NCBI GenBank assembly: GCA_963797715.1
Contig: CAWCQS010000013.1
Coordinates: 350,855 to 414,854, forward strand
Length of the DNA stretch: 64,000 nucleotides
From: an uncultured Acidobacteriota bacterium
Lineage (GTDB): Bacteria > Acidobacteriota > Vicinamibacteria > Vicinamibacterales > 2-12-FULL-66-21
Reading direction: 5' to 3'
In this document: positions 36,568 through 46,277 of the stretch, in pieces
Position numbering within the stretch: the stretch's first letter is position 1
Layout: every line of letters starts with the position of its first letter
Program-made: the position numbers and the translations under genes
The notes under the pieces: generated by a model
What the model was told of the DNA's origin: nothing
Database searches by the model: none
The model's input: only the letters and a program-made list of their open reading frames with translations

Positions 36568-37886
36568 TTGAACGACTGATAGACGAGCGGCAACGTGTGG
36601 GCACGGCGGCCGCCGAAGATGATGGCGCTGATTGGCACACCTTCAGGGGCCTCCCAGTCGGCATCGATGATCGGGCACTGCGACGCGGGCGCCGTGAATC
36701 TCGCGTTGGGGTGCGCCGCTGTCTTACCGGCGAGGCGACCGAGCTCCGGCGTCCACTGTTCACCTCGCCAGTCCAGGCACTCGGCCGGAGGCTGCTCCGT
36801 CATACCTTCCCACCACACACCTCCTTCTGGCGTCAGGGCCACGTTCGTGAAGATGGTGTTGCGTGCGACGGTCGCCATGGCATTGGGATTCGTCGCTCTC
36901 GACGTTCCCGGCGCGACGCCAAACACACCCGCTTCTGGATTGATCGCTCGCAAGGAGCCGCTCGGGTCCAGTTTGATCCAGGCGATGTCGTCGCCGACCA
37001 TCGACACCTTCCAGCCCTTCATCTCGTCGGGCGGGATGAGCATCGCCAGGTTGGTCTTGCCGCAGGCGCTCGGAAACGCCGCCGCCATGTAGGTCTTTTC
37101 GCCTCGCGGATCCTCGACGCCGAGAATCAACATGTGCTCCGCCATCCAGCCTTCGTCGCGCGCGATGTTCGAGGCGATGCGCAATCCAAAACACTTCTTT
37201 CCCAGGAGCGCATTGCCGCCGTAGCCGGAACCGAAGGACCAGATCTCCCGCGTCTCGGGAAAATGGACGATGTACTTCTCCTTGTTGCACGGCCACGGAA
37301 CGTCTGCCTGACCCGGCGCAAGCGGCGCGCCCACGCTATGCATGCACGGCACGACGCGCTGATTGTTGCGGTCGATCTCGCGGAGCACCGGGAGGCCGAT
37401 ACGGGCCATGATTCGCATGCTGACGACGACGTATGGGGAGTCGGTCAGCTGTACGGCGATGCGCGACATCGGCGACCCTGGCACGCCCATGCTGAACGCC
37501 AGCACGTACATCGTGCGGCCGGCCATCGCGCCGCTGAACATTTCCTTCAGTCGGGCGTGCATCTCAAACGGGTTGACCCAGTTGTTGGTCGGGCCGGTGC
37601 TGTCCTTCGACAGCGAGCAGACGAAGGTGCGCGACTCTACGCGCGCGACGTCATCCGCATCCGACCGGGCGTAGAAACAGCCGGGCCACAGTTCCTGGTT
37701 CAGGCGAACCAGAGTGCCAGTGCCCACCATCTGGTTACAGAGCTGGTCGTACTCTTCAGCGGATCCATCCACCCAGTGAATTGACTTGGGCTGGGTCAGG
37801 TCCGCCATCTTCCTGACCCACCTCAGCAAATGCGGATTGGTTGACAGCGACACCGATGTGTCGCGCGACGTCATGTGTGAGTCCAT
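36306..37886 (-). CDS. pckG: GTP-dependent PEP carboxykinase, N-terminal 2/3 (genuine to about 36560)
   Basis: [16 protein letters not shown]-loop, [10 protein letters not shown] and GDDIAWI. After ..LVYQSFNWS the frame degenerates. Confidence 0.9.
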   Translation of the reverse strand: MDSHMTSRDTSVSLSTNPHLLRWVRKMADLTQPKSIHWVDGSAEEYDQLCNQMVGTGTLVRLNQELWPGCFYARSDADDVARVESRTFVCSLSKDSTGPTNNWVNPFEMHARLKEMFSGAMAGRTMYVLAFSMGVPGSPMSRIAVQLTDSPYVVVSMRIMARIGLPVLREIDRNNQRVVPCMHSVGAPLAPGQADVPWPCNKEKYIVHFPETREIWSFGSGYGGNALLGKKCFGLRIASNIARDEGWMAEHMLILGVEDPRGEKTYMAAAFPSACGKTNLAMLIPPDEMKGWKVSMVGDDIAWIKLDPSGSLRAINPEAGVFGVAPGTSRATNPNAMATVARNTIFTNVALTPEGGVWWEGMTEQPPAECLDWRGEQWTPELGRLAGKTAAHPNARFTAPASQCPIIDADWEAPEGVPISAIIFGGRRAHTLPLVYQSFNWSSGVTSARRWVRRRPRRPPAASVRSVVTQWRCCPSAAITWEITSGTGSRCSGCSARRRRYFTSTGSGKTRTAAFSGRGFARTCVC

Positions 37887-37966
37887 GTCTAAAACGGTAA
37901 TACGAGAAGCCTGTCAGCGGCGAATCGAACCCGAGGCGGTCTCGACGCTCTCGATGGCCTTGTCTG

Positions 37967-38830
37967 TCAGTCCTTTTCCGCCAGCAGCACCTTCTTCGAT
38001 TCGAGCAGCTCGTTCTTCTTGTCCTTGCTGACCGTCGGGTATTTGAGGTTCAGATCGTCGAGCGTCTGATACGTGATCGCGGCGACCGCCAGACGCATGA
38101 ACCATTTGTTGTCGGCGGGGATGATGTTCCACGGCGCGTCTTTCGTGCTCGTGTGGGTGAAGACGTCCTCGTACGCGTGCATGTAGTCCTTCCAGAACAC
38201 GCGCTCCTTGGCGTCGTTGACAGAGAACTTCCAGTTCTTGTCGTTCTGGTCGATGCGCTCGAGGAAGCGCTTCTTCTGCTCCCCTTTCGAGACGTGCAGA
38301 AAGAACTTCAGAACGCGCGTGCCGTTGTCGACCAGATACTTCTCGAAGTTGTTGATTTGGTCGAAGCGGCGCTTCCAGATACCGTCCTTCTTGCGATCCT
38401 CGGGCAGCTGCTGCGAGGCGAGAATCTCGGGATGGACCCGGCAGACGAGAACTTCCTCGTAGTACGAGCGATTGTGGATACCAATTCGCCCGCGTTCGGG
38501 CAGTGCCTTTTGCGACCGCCAGAGGTAGTCGTGATCGCGCTCTTCCGCCGACGGCGCCTTGAAGCTGTAGACCTGGCAGCCCTGCGGGTTGATTCCCGAC
38601 ATGACGTGCCGGATGGTCCCGTCCTTCCCGGCGGCGTCCATCGCCTGGAAGACCATGAGGAGCGAGTACGTGTCCTGAGCGTAGAGCTTGTCCTGCTCCT
38701 CTGCGAGCCACTTGATGCCGTCCTCGAGCAGTGACTCAGCCTCTTTCTTGTCCTTGATCGAGCCCGTCCAGCCGGAGTCGTAGTCCTTGAGCGAGATCTT
38801 CTTCCCCGGGGTGGCAATCAGCTCGTCCAT
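37967..38830 (-). CDS. ppk2: Polyphosphate kinase 2 (PPK2) family phosphotransferase
   Basis: [20 protein letters not shown] (P-loop-like), YLWR and [18 protein letters not shown]; about 287 aa. Confidence 0.85.
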   Translation of the reverse strand: MDELIATPGKKISLKDYDSGWTGSIKDKKEAESLLEDGIKWLAEEQDKLYAQDTYSLLMVFQAMDAAGKDGTIRHVMSGINPQGCQVYSFKAPSAEERDHDYLWRSQKALPERGRIGIHNRSYYEEVLVCRVHPEILASQQLPEDRKKDGIWKRRFDQINNFEKYLVDNGTRVLKFFLHVSKGEQKKRFLERIDQNDKNWKFSVNDAKERVFWKDYMHAYEDVFTHTSTKDAPWNIIPADNKWFMRLAVAAITYQTLDDLNLKYPTVSKDKKNELLESKKVLLAEKD

Positions 38831-38891
38831 CAGCTTGCGGATCTCTTCATGAGCTCCTCACTCGGATTGATTACGGCGAAGGCGCCGACAA

Positions 38892-39350
38892 CTAGGACTG
38901 ACCGGCAGCCGCGCGCAAACGCGGCACGACGTCCGGGGGCACAGCAACGGATCGCATCGAACCGTCCTCGGTGCGCGCCGCGCAGGCTGTCGTCAACCAA
39001 CCCGTGCCGACAGCGGTGTCGCCGCGCGTGAATACGAACGAATACTTGATGGTCCGCCTCGACACCGCATGGACGCGGGCAACGATCAGGAAGCGATCTT
39101 CGAAGAACAGTGGATTCTTGTAGTCGAACGTGGCCGACACTCGAGGGTATCCAAGCTCGGCGCCAGCGCGGTCGACCGTCAGGCCGGCCGCGCGCCACAG
39201 CGCGTGCTCGGCCTCCTCCATATAGCGAAAATAGCAGCTGAAATGGACGACGCCGGCCAGATCGGTCTCGTAGAAGAAGACCGAACGCGAGTAGTTGAAG
39301 CCTGGCTCGGTGGAATCGATCGTGTCTGCAGCCTGGTCCGGCACGGTCAT
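38892..39350 (-). CDS. Acyl-CoA thioesterase (hot-dog fold, YbgC/4HBT-like)
   Basis: FFYETDLAGVVHFSCYFRYMEEAEHALWRAAG. Confidence 0.75.
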   Translation of the reverse strand: MTVPDQAADTIDSTEPGFNYSRSVFFYETDLAGVVHFSCYFRYMEEAEHALWRAAGLTVDRAGAELGYPRVSATFDYKNPLFFEDRFLIVARVHAVSRRTIKYSFVFTRGDTAVGTGWLTTACAARTEDGSMRSVAVPPDVVPRLRAAAGQS

Positions 39351-39432
39351 CGCCGGACATTGTAGCCGGTCAAGCTCCGCCGTGCTGTAGACCTAAGGGC
39401 CTACCGTGGCAGCATTCCCGAGGTTCGAGACG

Positions 39433-41334
39433 CTATTCGGTGCGCAACGCGACGACGGGATCGACGCGCGCGGCGCGACGCGCCGGGACAAGGCCTGCGA
39501 CGGCGGCGGTGAACACGATCATCGCGACGGTTGCCGCCGCGACGATCGGATCCATCGGCCGGACGCCGTAAAGCAGGTGCGCGAACGATTTCGTGGCCGC
39601 GTAGGCAAGCGGCAACCCAATCGCGAGGCCGAGGGCCGCAGCCATCAGGCAGCGGCCGACCACGAGGAACCGCAACGACCGTGGTCTCGCGCCGAGCGCC
39701 AGCCGAATCCCAAGCTCCCGCCGGCTGCGAATGACAGCCGCTGCCATCGTCCCATAAAGACCGACGACGAGCAGGACGAGGGCAGTGATGCCGAGGCTCC
39801 AGCCGATGCCGGCGAGTACGCGTTCTTGACTGAGGGCGCCGTTGGCCTCTTCGTCGAACGTCGAGATGCGGTCGATGAAGAGACTGGGATCGAAGTCGAG
39901 TGCCGCCTGTTGAAGCCGGTCTCTCGACATGCGCTCATCCGGCCGTGCTCGCAGAATCAGAGTGAGGTTGAGCGGCTGCGTCGCGCCGGCGACATTCCGG
40001 CCCTCGTCCAGCGGCTTGGGAACCTGCGCCAGGGGAAAGAAGATGCCGTCGGGTGCCGCTTCGCGCAAGTGCTCGTATCGAAGGTCCCTGACCACCCCGA
40101 TGACTTCGATGTCAAAAGGCCCCGGCGGCCCGAACGAGACTCGTCGTCCGATCGGGTTCGCGTTTCCGAACGCGCGCGTAGCCAGCGTCTCGTTGACGAT
40201 CGCGACGCGCGGCGCAGAAGCATCATCGGCCGGTGTGAAATCCCGGCCGACCCGCATCGGGAGCGCGAGGGCCGCGAAGTAGCCGGGCGTCACGTAGTTC
40301 TGGCTGACGATCCACGGCTTTTCGAGGCGGGCAGCTCCTTCTCCTGGTCCTCCGCGTGGTCCTCCTCGCGGCGGTGGCGGAGGTGGTGGGCCCCATGGCA
40401 TCGGTTTGCTGTCAGGAATCGTCGTCATCCCTTCGACGCGGAGCGGGCCGCGGCTAATCGATGAGAGCGGACGGCCGGAGCTCAAGGCCACGGCCTCGAT
40501 GGCGGGCGCCGATGCGAGATGCAGCCGCAAGCGTTCACGGACATCGGCCATTCGCGCCGAGGGTGTGTTGGTCGTGTCGAACGTCACGTTCGCAAACCAC
40601 ACGCGCTCGGGAGCGGATGCCTGGATGCCGAGCTTCAATTGCTGAACGGTCTTGCCGAGGAGCCCGGCCGATGCGAGCAGCACCGTGCCAAATGCGACCT
40701 GCCACGGGATCAGCCACCACAAACCGTTCGATCCGAAGAGACGGGTCAAGCCTGCGGTGTGACCTTGCAGCGCCGGTAGTGTGTTGACGCGAGACCAGCG
40801 AACGGCCGGCATCACGCCGATCGCGGCCGCGGCAACGAAGGCCACGCCAAACGTGAAGAGGGCGACGTTCACATCCGGTGAGACATCCAGGTCGCCCGGT
40901 GTGAAACGGCTGGCCATCAACGGCGCCAGGCCCCGCGCCATCCAGGTGCCCAGGAGTCCACCACCAACGCCGCCGAGCGCCGCCAGGAACATGTGCTCGG
41001 CCAGCAGCTGTCGCAGAAGGCGCAAACGGCCAGCGCCAAGAGACGATCGGATCGCGAGCTCTTTCTGTCGTGCCTGCACAGTCGTGCCGATGAGCGTCGA
41101 CACGTTGAGGCAGGCAATCGCGAGGGTGAGGAGCGAAAACACGCCGATCAGGCGCAAGCGACTCTCGGGCGCCGGAGTGTACCACTGCCGTCCGCGCGGA
41201 GTCAGTCGGACGACGGCTACGTCATCGCGTCCGCTCCGCTTTCCATCTGGCGTTGAGCGCCGCCGTGACAGTCGCCAGTGATTCGATGCGCTCGAGAACG
41301 CCGCCCAGGCCCAACCACCCGGCAGCGGGGCCAA
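39433..41334 (-). CDS. ADOP-type (MacB/FtsX-like) permease, C-terminal fragment (genuine from about 41232)
   Basis: Two FtsX-type 4-TM modules (..LSLLTLAIACLNVSTLIGTTVQARQKELAIRSSLGAGRLRLL.. and ..[15 protein letters not shown]..), ending PARRAARVDPVVALRTE. Confidence 0.85.
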   Translation of the reverse strand: MAPLPGGWAWAAFSSASNHWRLSRRRSTPDGKRSGRDDVAVVRLTPRGRQWYTPAPESRLRLIGVFSLLTLAIACLNVSTLIGTTVQARQKELAIRSSLGAGRLRLLRQLLAEHMFLAALGGVGGGLLGTWMARGLAPLMASRFTPGDLDVSPDVNVALFTFGVAFVAAAAIGVMPAVRWSRVNTLPALQGHTAGLTRLFGSNGLWWLIPWQVAFGTVLLASAGLLGKTVQQLKLGIQASAPERVWFANVTFDTTNTPSARMADVRERLRLHLASAPAIEAVALSSGRPLSSISRGPLRVEGMTTIPDSKPMPWGPPPPPPPRGGPRGGPGEGAARLEKPWIVSQNYVTPGYFAALALPMRVGRDFTPADDASAPRVAIVNETLATRAFGNANPIGRRVSFGPPGPFDIEVIGVVRDLRYEHLREAAPDGIFFPLAQVPKPLDEGRNVAGATQPLNLTLILRARPDERMSRDRLQQAALDFDPSLFIDRISTFDEEANGALSQERVLAGIGWSLGITALVLLVVGLYGTMAAAVIRSRRELGIRLALGARPRSLRFLVVGRCLMAAALGLAIGLPLAYAATKSFAHLLYGVRPMDPIVAAATVAMIVFTAAVAGLVPARRAARVDPVVALRTE

Positions 41335-42235
41335 GCATTGCGGTGTTGCCGTCGATCAGGGGCGCCTGGGTCAATGGCACCCAGAGGTCGGGGCTGTAAC
41401 CAATCTGTGTTCCGGTGAAACCCGCAGGCGCGACGCCGACGATCGTGAAGATCGCGTGGCGAAGGCGAACGGTCCGTCCGATCGCCGAAGGATCCGATCC
41501 AAATCGCTCTCGCCATGCCGTGTCGCTCAACACGACGACAGGAGGTTTCCCAGACTCACCATCGGCGGCGTCGAAGAGACGCCCCCGCGTGCCTGGACCA
41601 ACGCCGAGCGCCGAGAAGTAGTTCGCCGTCACCATTTCGATCACGATGCGCTGACGCGTGCGCGCGTCATCGATCGTCGAGTCGAGCGTCGTCGAGGTGC
41701 GGCCGCCGGCGATGAGCGTCTCGATTCCCGGGAGGTCGCGAAGGGCCAGGTATTCGGGGTAGGTGAACGACCCGCCGTCCTTCGCTCCGATGGAGACGAA
41801 CCGGTCGGCGTGTGCGATCGGCAGTTTCTTGAAGTAGGTCGCGTTCAAGACGGAGAAGGCGGCAGCGTTGACGCCGACGCCAACCGCGAGCGTCGAGACG
41901 ACGATGGCAGACAGCAGCGGGTGTCGCCAGCAGAAACGGAGAGCAGCGCGGAAATCGGTTCCCAGGCCACGACTGTCCTGCATGATCGCGCTCCTCAGTG
42001 AAATGCGTTCCGCGGGTTCGAGGCTGTGCACGGATGGCTCGCGCAGACAAGCAGCGATCGACAGCAGCGTCTGCCGCCAGTACCAGCGTCGAGCTGCGCG
42101 CAGGCCGAAGCGCTCGACGAGGATGCAGGAGAACTCCTCATCGAGGTCCCCGATGATGGCGGAACGGACCGGGCCGTCGAGCGCGCGTCGCAACAGCCAG
42201 CGAGCAAAACGTGGCGGCTGCGGCGTGGAGGTCAT
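41222..42235 (-). CDS. ADOP-type permease, N-terminal fragment (permease-prefix helix plus first TM and MacB-like periplasmic core)
   Basis: ..FARWLLRRAL..GDLDEEF.. prefix, DFRAALRFCWRHPLLSAIVVSTLAVGVGVNAAAFSV. It joins the next fragment at ..NARWKAER|RDDVAVVRLTP. Confidence 0.8.
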   Translation of the reverse strand: MTSTPQPPRFARWLLRRALDGPVRSAIIGDLDEEFSCILVERFGLRAARRWYWRQTLLSIAACLREPSVHSLEPAERISLRSAIMQDSRGLGTDFRAALRFCWRHPLLSAIVVSTLAVGVGVNAAAFSVLNATYFKKLPIAHADRFVSIGAKDGGSFTYPEYLALRDLPGIETLIAGGRTSTTLDSTIDDARTRQRIVIEMVTANYFSALGVGPGTRGRLFDAADGESGKPPVVVLSDTAWRERFGSDPSAIGRTVRLRHAIFTIVGVAPAGFTGTQIGYSPDLWVPLTQAPLIDGNTAMLGPAAGWLGLGGVLERIESLATVTAALNARWKAERTR

Positions 42236-42564
42236 GAGGTGCGCCTGACGTTGCCGTCGGGATCGCGTGCCAATGCCGAGAGCGCCGCTTCCGCTTTCGC
42301 GAGCGCCTTCTTCCCGGCGGCAAGCACACGATAGTAGCGCTTGGCTTTGCCACCGCGTTCGGGCGTCGGCTCCCCGAGCCAGGATTGGACGAGCCCGCGG
42401 CGCTCGAGGCGCGCGAGCGCGGTGTAAATGGCGCCAACCGCGATGTCGCGTCCGGTGTGATCAGCAAGCTGGCGACGAATCGTCATGCCGTACGCGTCGT
42501 CTTCGAGGCGCATGACCGCCAATAGCAGGAAATGTTCGAACCGCCCGAGATGGTCACCGGCCAT
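42232..42564 (-). CDS. PadR family transcriptional regulator
   Basis: FEHFLLLAVMRLEDDAYGMTIRRQL..AVGAIYTALARLERRGLV. The stop overlaps the permease start (ATGA). Confidence 0.85.
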   Translation of the reverse strand: MAGDHLGRFEHFLLLAVMRLEDDAYGMTIRRQLADHTGRDIAVGAIYTALARLERRGLVQSWLGEPTPERGGKAKRYYRVLAAGKKALAKAEAALSALARDPDGNVRRTS

Positions 42565-42611
42565 TGCTACTTCTTTGTAGTAAATATCACGACGCTTGTC
42601 AACTTCGTCAA

Positions 42612-42645
42612 TTCAGCACTCAGCATCCAGCATTCAGAATCAGCG
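42612..42645. repeat. Five tandem heptamers (ttcagca ctcagca tccagca ttcagaa tcagcg). On the gene strand this reads CGCTGA TTCTGAA TGCTGGA TGCTGAG TGCTGAA.
   Basis: Read directly. It starts at the TGA stop of the minus-strand oxidoreductase gene and supplies further TGA codons in other frames. Confidence 0.7.
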
Positions 42646-43956
42646 TCTAACTCCGTCTGGCAGCACGAGTTCGTTCGCCTTGTGCTTGGCCTCTTCGGGG
42701 GTCTGGCCCTCGTGCCATGCGGGTATGTCGCGATGTTCGGGCCCGTAGAGCGATTCCATCGGCGCCCACACTTTGTCGACGCGAGGCGTGAAGAGGTCGC
42801 CGATGAGAAGATCGGTCACCGTTCCTCGGAGCTCCGGATACTTGCGCACGAAGGCGCCGAAGCTGAAGCCGTTGTAGTACTCGCAGACGAGCCGGCGCAT
42901 GCGATCGACGCCTTCGTTGAAGCCGGCACCCCACTTCCCGAGCTGCGCCGCACTCACATCGCCGACTTTCAACCCCTCGGCAATCGCGTCGGCGGCCATC
43001 TCACCCGACCGCAAAGCCAGGAGCACACCCGACGAATACAGCGGATCGAGGAAACCGAAGGCATCGCCGACGAGCACCCATCCATCGCCCGCCACTTCCT
43101 TCGCGCGGTACGAGTAGTCGCGCGTGGCGAAATAGCCGGTGACGCGCGTCGCCTTCCCGATGCGGTCCTTGACGACCGGACAGCGCTCGACTTCCTCGTG
43201 ATACGTCTGCTCGTGACCGTCGCGGCCCTTGAACAGATAATCGAACGGTGCCACCACGCCGACGCTGACAATGTCGTCGTGCTGCGGGATGTACCAGAAC
43301 CAGCCGTTCTTTGACACCGTCTGCAACACCATCGTCGCGCCTTCGTCGCGGCCGGTGTCGCGGTAGGCGCCCTGCCAGTACGTCCAGATCGCGCCCTTGT
43401 TCAGCAGCGGATCCCACACGCGCAGCTTGAACCGGTTTTGCAGCAGCGCCGCCTGTCCGCTCGCATCGACGACGACCTTGGCGCGAATGTCGCGGCGCCC
43501 GTTGCCGTCGGCAATGCGCACGCCGCACGCGCGATCGCCCTCGAACAGCACGTCGACGACGTGCACGCCGTCGAACGCCTCGACGCCGTGCTCGCGCGCG
43601 TTGTCGAGCATCATCTGATCGAACTCGCTTCTGACGACCTGCCACGTCTGCGAGCATTCGTGTGGCTTGTTGTCCCAGAAGTAGAACGGCGCCGACAGCT
43701 TGCCGCTGGCATTGACGAACTGCACGCTGTACTTCTTGACGAAGTGGCTCTGCTGCATCTTCGGCAGCATGTTGAGCCGCTTCAAGACCCAGTAGGTCTC
43801 CGGAATCAGCGACTCGCCGATGTGAAAGCGTGGAAATTTCTCGCGCTCGAAGAGTCCGACCTTGAGCCCGTGCTGCGCCAGCAGCGTCGACGTGGTCGAC
43901 CCGGCCGGGCCGCCACCAATCACGACAACGTCATAACTCGATGAGGACATAGACAT
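42640..43956 (-). CDS. FAD-dependent oxidoreductase of the flavin-dependent halogenase-like family
   Basis: YDVVVIGGGPAGS (GxGxxG), GWFWYIP (WxWxIP halogenase signature) and GDAFGFLDPLYSSG (GDAxxFxDPxxSxG). Confidence 0.7.
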   Translation of the reverse strand: MSMSSSSYDVVVIGGGPAGSTTSTLLAQHGLKVGLFEREKFPRFHIGESLIPETYWVLKRLNMLPKMQQSHFVKKYSVQFVNASGKLSAPFYFWDNKPHECSQTWQVVRSEFDQMMLDNAREHGVEAFDGVHVVDVLFEGDRACGVRIADGNGRRDIRAKVVVDASGQAALLQNRFKLRVWDPLLNKGAIWTYWQGAYRDTGRDEGATMVLQTVSKNGWFWYIPQHDDIVSVGVVAPFDYLFKGRDGHEQTYHEEVERCPVVKDRIGKATRVTGYFATRDYSYRAKEVAGDGWVLVGDAFGFLDPLYSSGVLLALRSGEMAADAIAEGLKVGDVSAAQLGKWGAGFNEGVDRMRRLVCEYYNGFSFGAFVRKYPELRGTVTDLLIGDLFTPRVDKVWAPMESLYGPEHRDIPAWHEGQTPEEAKHKANELVLPDGVRR

Positions 43957-44066
43957 AAGACAGATCGCGGCTCGCTTCTGGCTGTTCGCTATTGGTATGT
44001 CTTGCGTGGGCGCGGATGTTGCGACCGCTCGTTTTCAATTATCTTATCGGGCCGCGAGACGCAAAT

Positions 44067-44108
44067 GCGAGCCGCGAACCGCGAGCCGCCAACCAAGAAC
44101 CCAATCAC
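44067..44108. repeat. Six tandem heptamers of GCGARCC type (gcgagcc gcgaacc gcgagcc gccaacc aagaacc caatcac)
   Basis: Read directly. It abuts and overlaps the stop codon (44105-44107) of the radical SAM gene. Confidence 0.6.
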
Positions 44109-45439
44109 GTATAACGAATTCCCGTATGCTGCGGCAGGAAGAACCGTGGCAGGAGCACGTCGACTCGCAGCAGCGCATTCCGGGTGATGGCAATCAGATC
44201 GTCGCCCGCCGACGACAGGTAACCTGCGGATTCGAGCGATGCCAGTTGATCGCGGAATCGCTGGAGAACGTTCACGCCGTACTTGTCCTTGAAATAGGCG
44301 GGCCGCACTGACCCTCGCTTGAGCTGCAGCACGAACTCGCGGATCATCCGCTCCTCGGCGGTCGGCCTGTAGGCCCGACCGAGCGGAATCTCGCCACGCT
44401 CGATGAGCGCGCTGTACTTCTCCCAGGTATCGACGTTCTGCAGGTGGACCCCGTTGATGTGGCCGAACGACGCGACCCCGAGTCCGACCATATCGGCACC
44501 CTGCCACAGACGGTCGCGATAGAGAAAGCGCGTCTTTGCCGGATTCTTGACCGCTGTGTAGGCGCTGCCGACCGTGTAGCCGGCGCGCTCGAGCGCCTCG
44601 AAGGCCTCGGCCACCCACCGTCGCTTGACCGACCACTGCGCCACCGGCTCGTCGAACTTCCCGCCATGCTTCAGCAGGTCCTTGCTGATGGTGGTGTTGT
44701 ACGGCAGCTCCATCTGGTAAATCGTGACGCTGTCAGGCGCGAGATCGACCGTACGTTTGACGCAGTCCGTCCAGTTGGCGTCGGTTTCGCCGAGCATGCC
44801 GGCGATCAGGTCGATGTTGATTTGCGGAAAGCCGAGGTCGCGGGCTTCTTTGTAGACCCGCGCAATCTCAGGCGAGCGATGCGCCCGACCGTTGAGTTCG
44901 AGAATGCGATCGTCATAATTCTCGACGCCCAGGCTGAGCCGGGTGACGCCGATACCCCGGATCGCCGCCAGCTTGGGACGAGTGATGGTGCCGGGCTCGC
45001 ACTCGAACGTGATCTCCTCGGCAGTCTTCCACGAGCGGCTCGCTGTCACGCGGTTGACGAGCGTCTCGAGCTGCCGGGTCGACAGAAACGAAGGCGTCCC
45101 ACCACCAAAGTAGACGAAGTTGAACGGCCGTCCGGCGAGCGCCGGCTGTTCGGCATAGAGCTCCCACTCGCGTCCCAGTAGATCGAGGTACTGCTCGACC
45201 TCTTTCGCATTCTTGTCCGTGTATACCCGGAAGTAGCAGAAATGACAGCGCTTACGGCAAAAAGGGATATGGAGATAGACGCCGAGCGGCGTCTCCGGCT
45301 GTGCCGGGGACTCGAGCGCGACCTTGGCATCCGTGGCGACGGCTTCTGGAGTCCAGACCGAAAACGGCGGGTAATTCGCGACAAAGTAGCTGCCGACCTC
45401 GGTCTGCTCGAGGTCGGCCACCGGCGACGTTTCGGGCAT
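44105..45439 (-). CDS. HemN-like radical SAM enzyme (coproporphyrinogen dehydrogenase / class C radical SAM family)
   Basis: YLHIPFCRKRCHFCYF (CxxxCxxC), YFGGGTPSFL and a HemN C-terminal-like domain. Confidence 0.8.
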   Translation of the reverse strand: MPETSPVADLEQTEVGSYFVANYPPFSVWTPEAVATDAKVALESPAQPETPLGVYLHIPFCRKRCHFCYFRVYTDKNAKEVEQYLDLLGREWELYAEQPALAGRPFNFVYFGGGTPSFLSTRQLETLVNRVTASRSWKTAEEITFECEPGTITRPKLAAIRGIGVTRLSLGVENYDDRILELNGRAHRSPEIARVYKEARDLGFPQINIDLIAGMLGETDANWTDCVKRTVDLAPDSVTIYQMELPYNTTISKDLLKHGGKFDEPVAQWSVKRRWVAEAFEALERAGYTVGSAYTAVKNPAKTRFLYRDRLWQGADMVGLGVASFGHINGVHLQNVDTWEKYSALIERGEIPLGRAYRPTAEERMIREFVLQLKRGSVRPAYFKDKYGVNVLQRFRDQLASLESAGYLSSAGDDLIAITRNALLRVDVLLPRFFLPQHTGIRYT

Positions 45440-45445
45440 GCCTGT

Positions 45446-45451
45446 ACTATA
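45446..45451 (-). promoter_or_regulatory. Possible -10 box TATAGT, 6 nt upstream of ATG 45439 (leaderless candidate)
   Basis: The minus strand reads cggTATAGTacaggcATG, with no SD. Confidence 0.35.
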
Positions 45452-45560
45452 CCGGCTGGCACGCGGACTGCTTACCGGTGCGGCTCGGCGGCGTAATCTA
45501 GGCGGTCTCGGCGTCTCAGCGGGCTAGCGGTTCGGAAACCTTCACCTCGGGCCAGCAGAC

Positions 45561-45588
45561 GCGAGCGGCGAGCAGCGAGCCGCGACTT
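45561..45588. repeat. Four tandem heptamers (gcgagcg gcgagca gcgagcc gcgactt)
   Basis: Read directly. It lies immediately downstream of the stop codon of the minus-strand DUF937 gene. Confidence 0.6.
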
Positions 45589-46151
45589 CACCTCTCCCCG
45601 AACATCTTCCCCACAAACCCCATCACGTCATCTGCGATCGAGCCGTCGTGGTTGACGTCGAGGAAGCTGGCCAGCGACCCGATGTTCCCGGTCATCTGCG
45701 CGCGGCCAGGCTGGCCGGGCTGGAGCTGCTGCGTCGCTGCCTGTTTGGCCAGCGCGCCCATCGCGAGCGTGGCGATGACAGGTAGCATCCGCTTCAGAAC
45801 GTCAGGACCGATGCCGGTGGCTGACGAGGCGTTATTCGCCACGGCGCGGCTCACGTCGGGCGAGCCGAGGATGTGCCCGAGAATGGCGTTGCCGTCGCTG
45901 ACGGTGTCCGCGGATCGCAGACTTCCGACATCATCCAGGTATCGTCCGTGCTCGCCGTTCGTCAGCGCCGACATCAGCTGACTGAGTCCGCCTTGCGACG
46001 ACACGTTACGCTGCAAACCGCCGGCGAGCGCTGGGAGCAACGCGCCCAGCGCTGAGACGGTCTGGTCTTGTGAGAGTCCGAACTGTTGCGACAGGGCGCC
46101 GACCGCCTGCCCGTCCTGCGCGCCGAGGATCGCGTTCATGATGTTCATCAA
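45588..46151 (-). CDS. DUF937 domain-containing protein
   Basis: MMNIMNAILGAQDGQAVGALSQQFGLSQDQTVSALGALLPALAGGLQRN.. matches the DUF937 N-terminal pattern as I remember it. Confidence 0.6.
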   Translation of the reverse strand: MMNIMNAILGAQDGQAVGALSQQFGLSQDQTVSALGALLPALAGGLQRNVSSQGGLSQLMSALTNGEHGRYLDDVGSLRSADTVSDGNAILGHILGSPDVSRAVANNASSATGIGPDVLKRMLPVIATLAMGALAKQAATQQLQPGQPGRAQMTGNIGSLASFLDVNHDGSIADDVMGFVGKMFGER

Positions 46152-46277
46152 AGTCCTCCTGACCTTCGCGACGGTGCTTCAACGTTCGTACCATGCCTCA
46201 CCGCCCAACTTGTCTGGGTCACGCGCCGCGCCCCGCGACATCTCGTGATGCGGGGTCAGACGAGAGGTCAGACCGCC

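Noticed and set aside
42005-42020. tRNA-like GGTTCGAG motif
   Set aside because: It is embedded in the conserved ADOP permease coding frame, with no cloverleaf context.
42565-42600. CTAC-N6-GTAG inverted repeat just upstream of the PadR ATG as a PadR operator
   Set aside because: The arms are only 4 nt long and overlap the likely ribosome-binding region. That is too weak to call.
43957-44311. Small ORF 43997..44311 as a possible precursor peptide for the halogenase-like/radical SAM pair
   Set aside because: It lies on the opposite strand, largely antisense to the radical SAM gene. Its composition is junk-like and there is no RBS.
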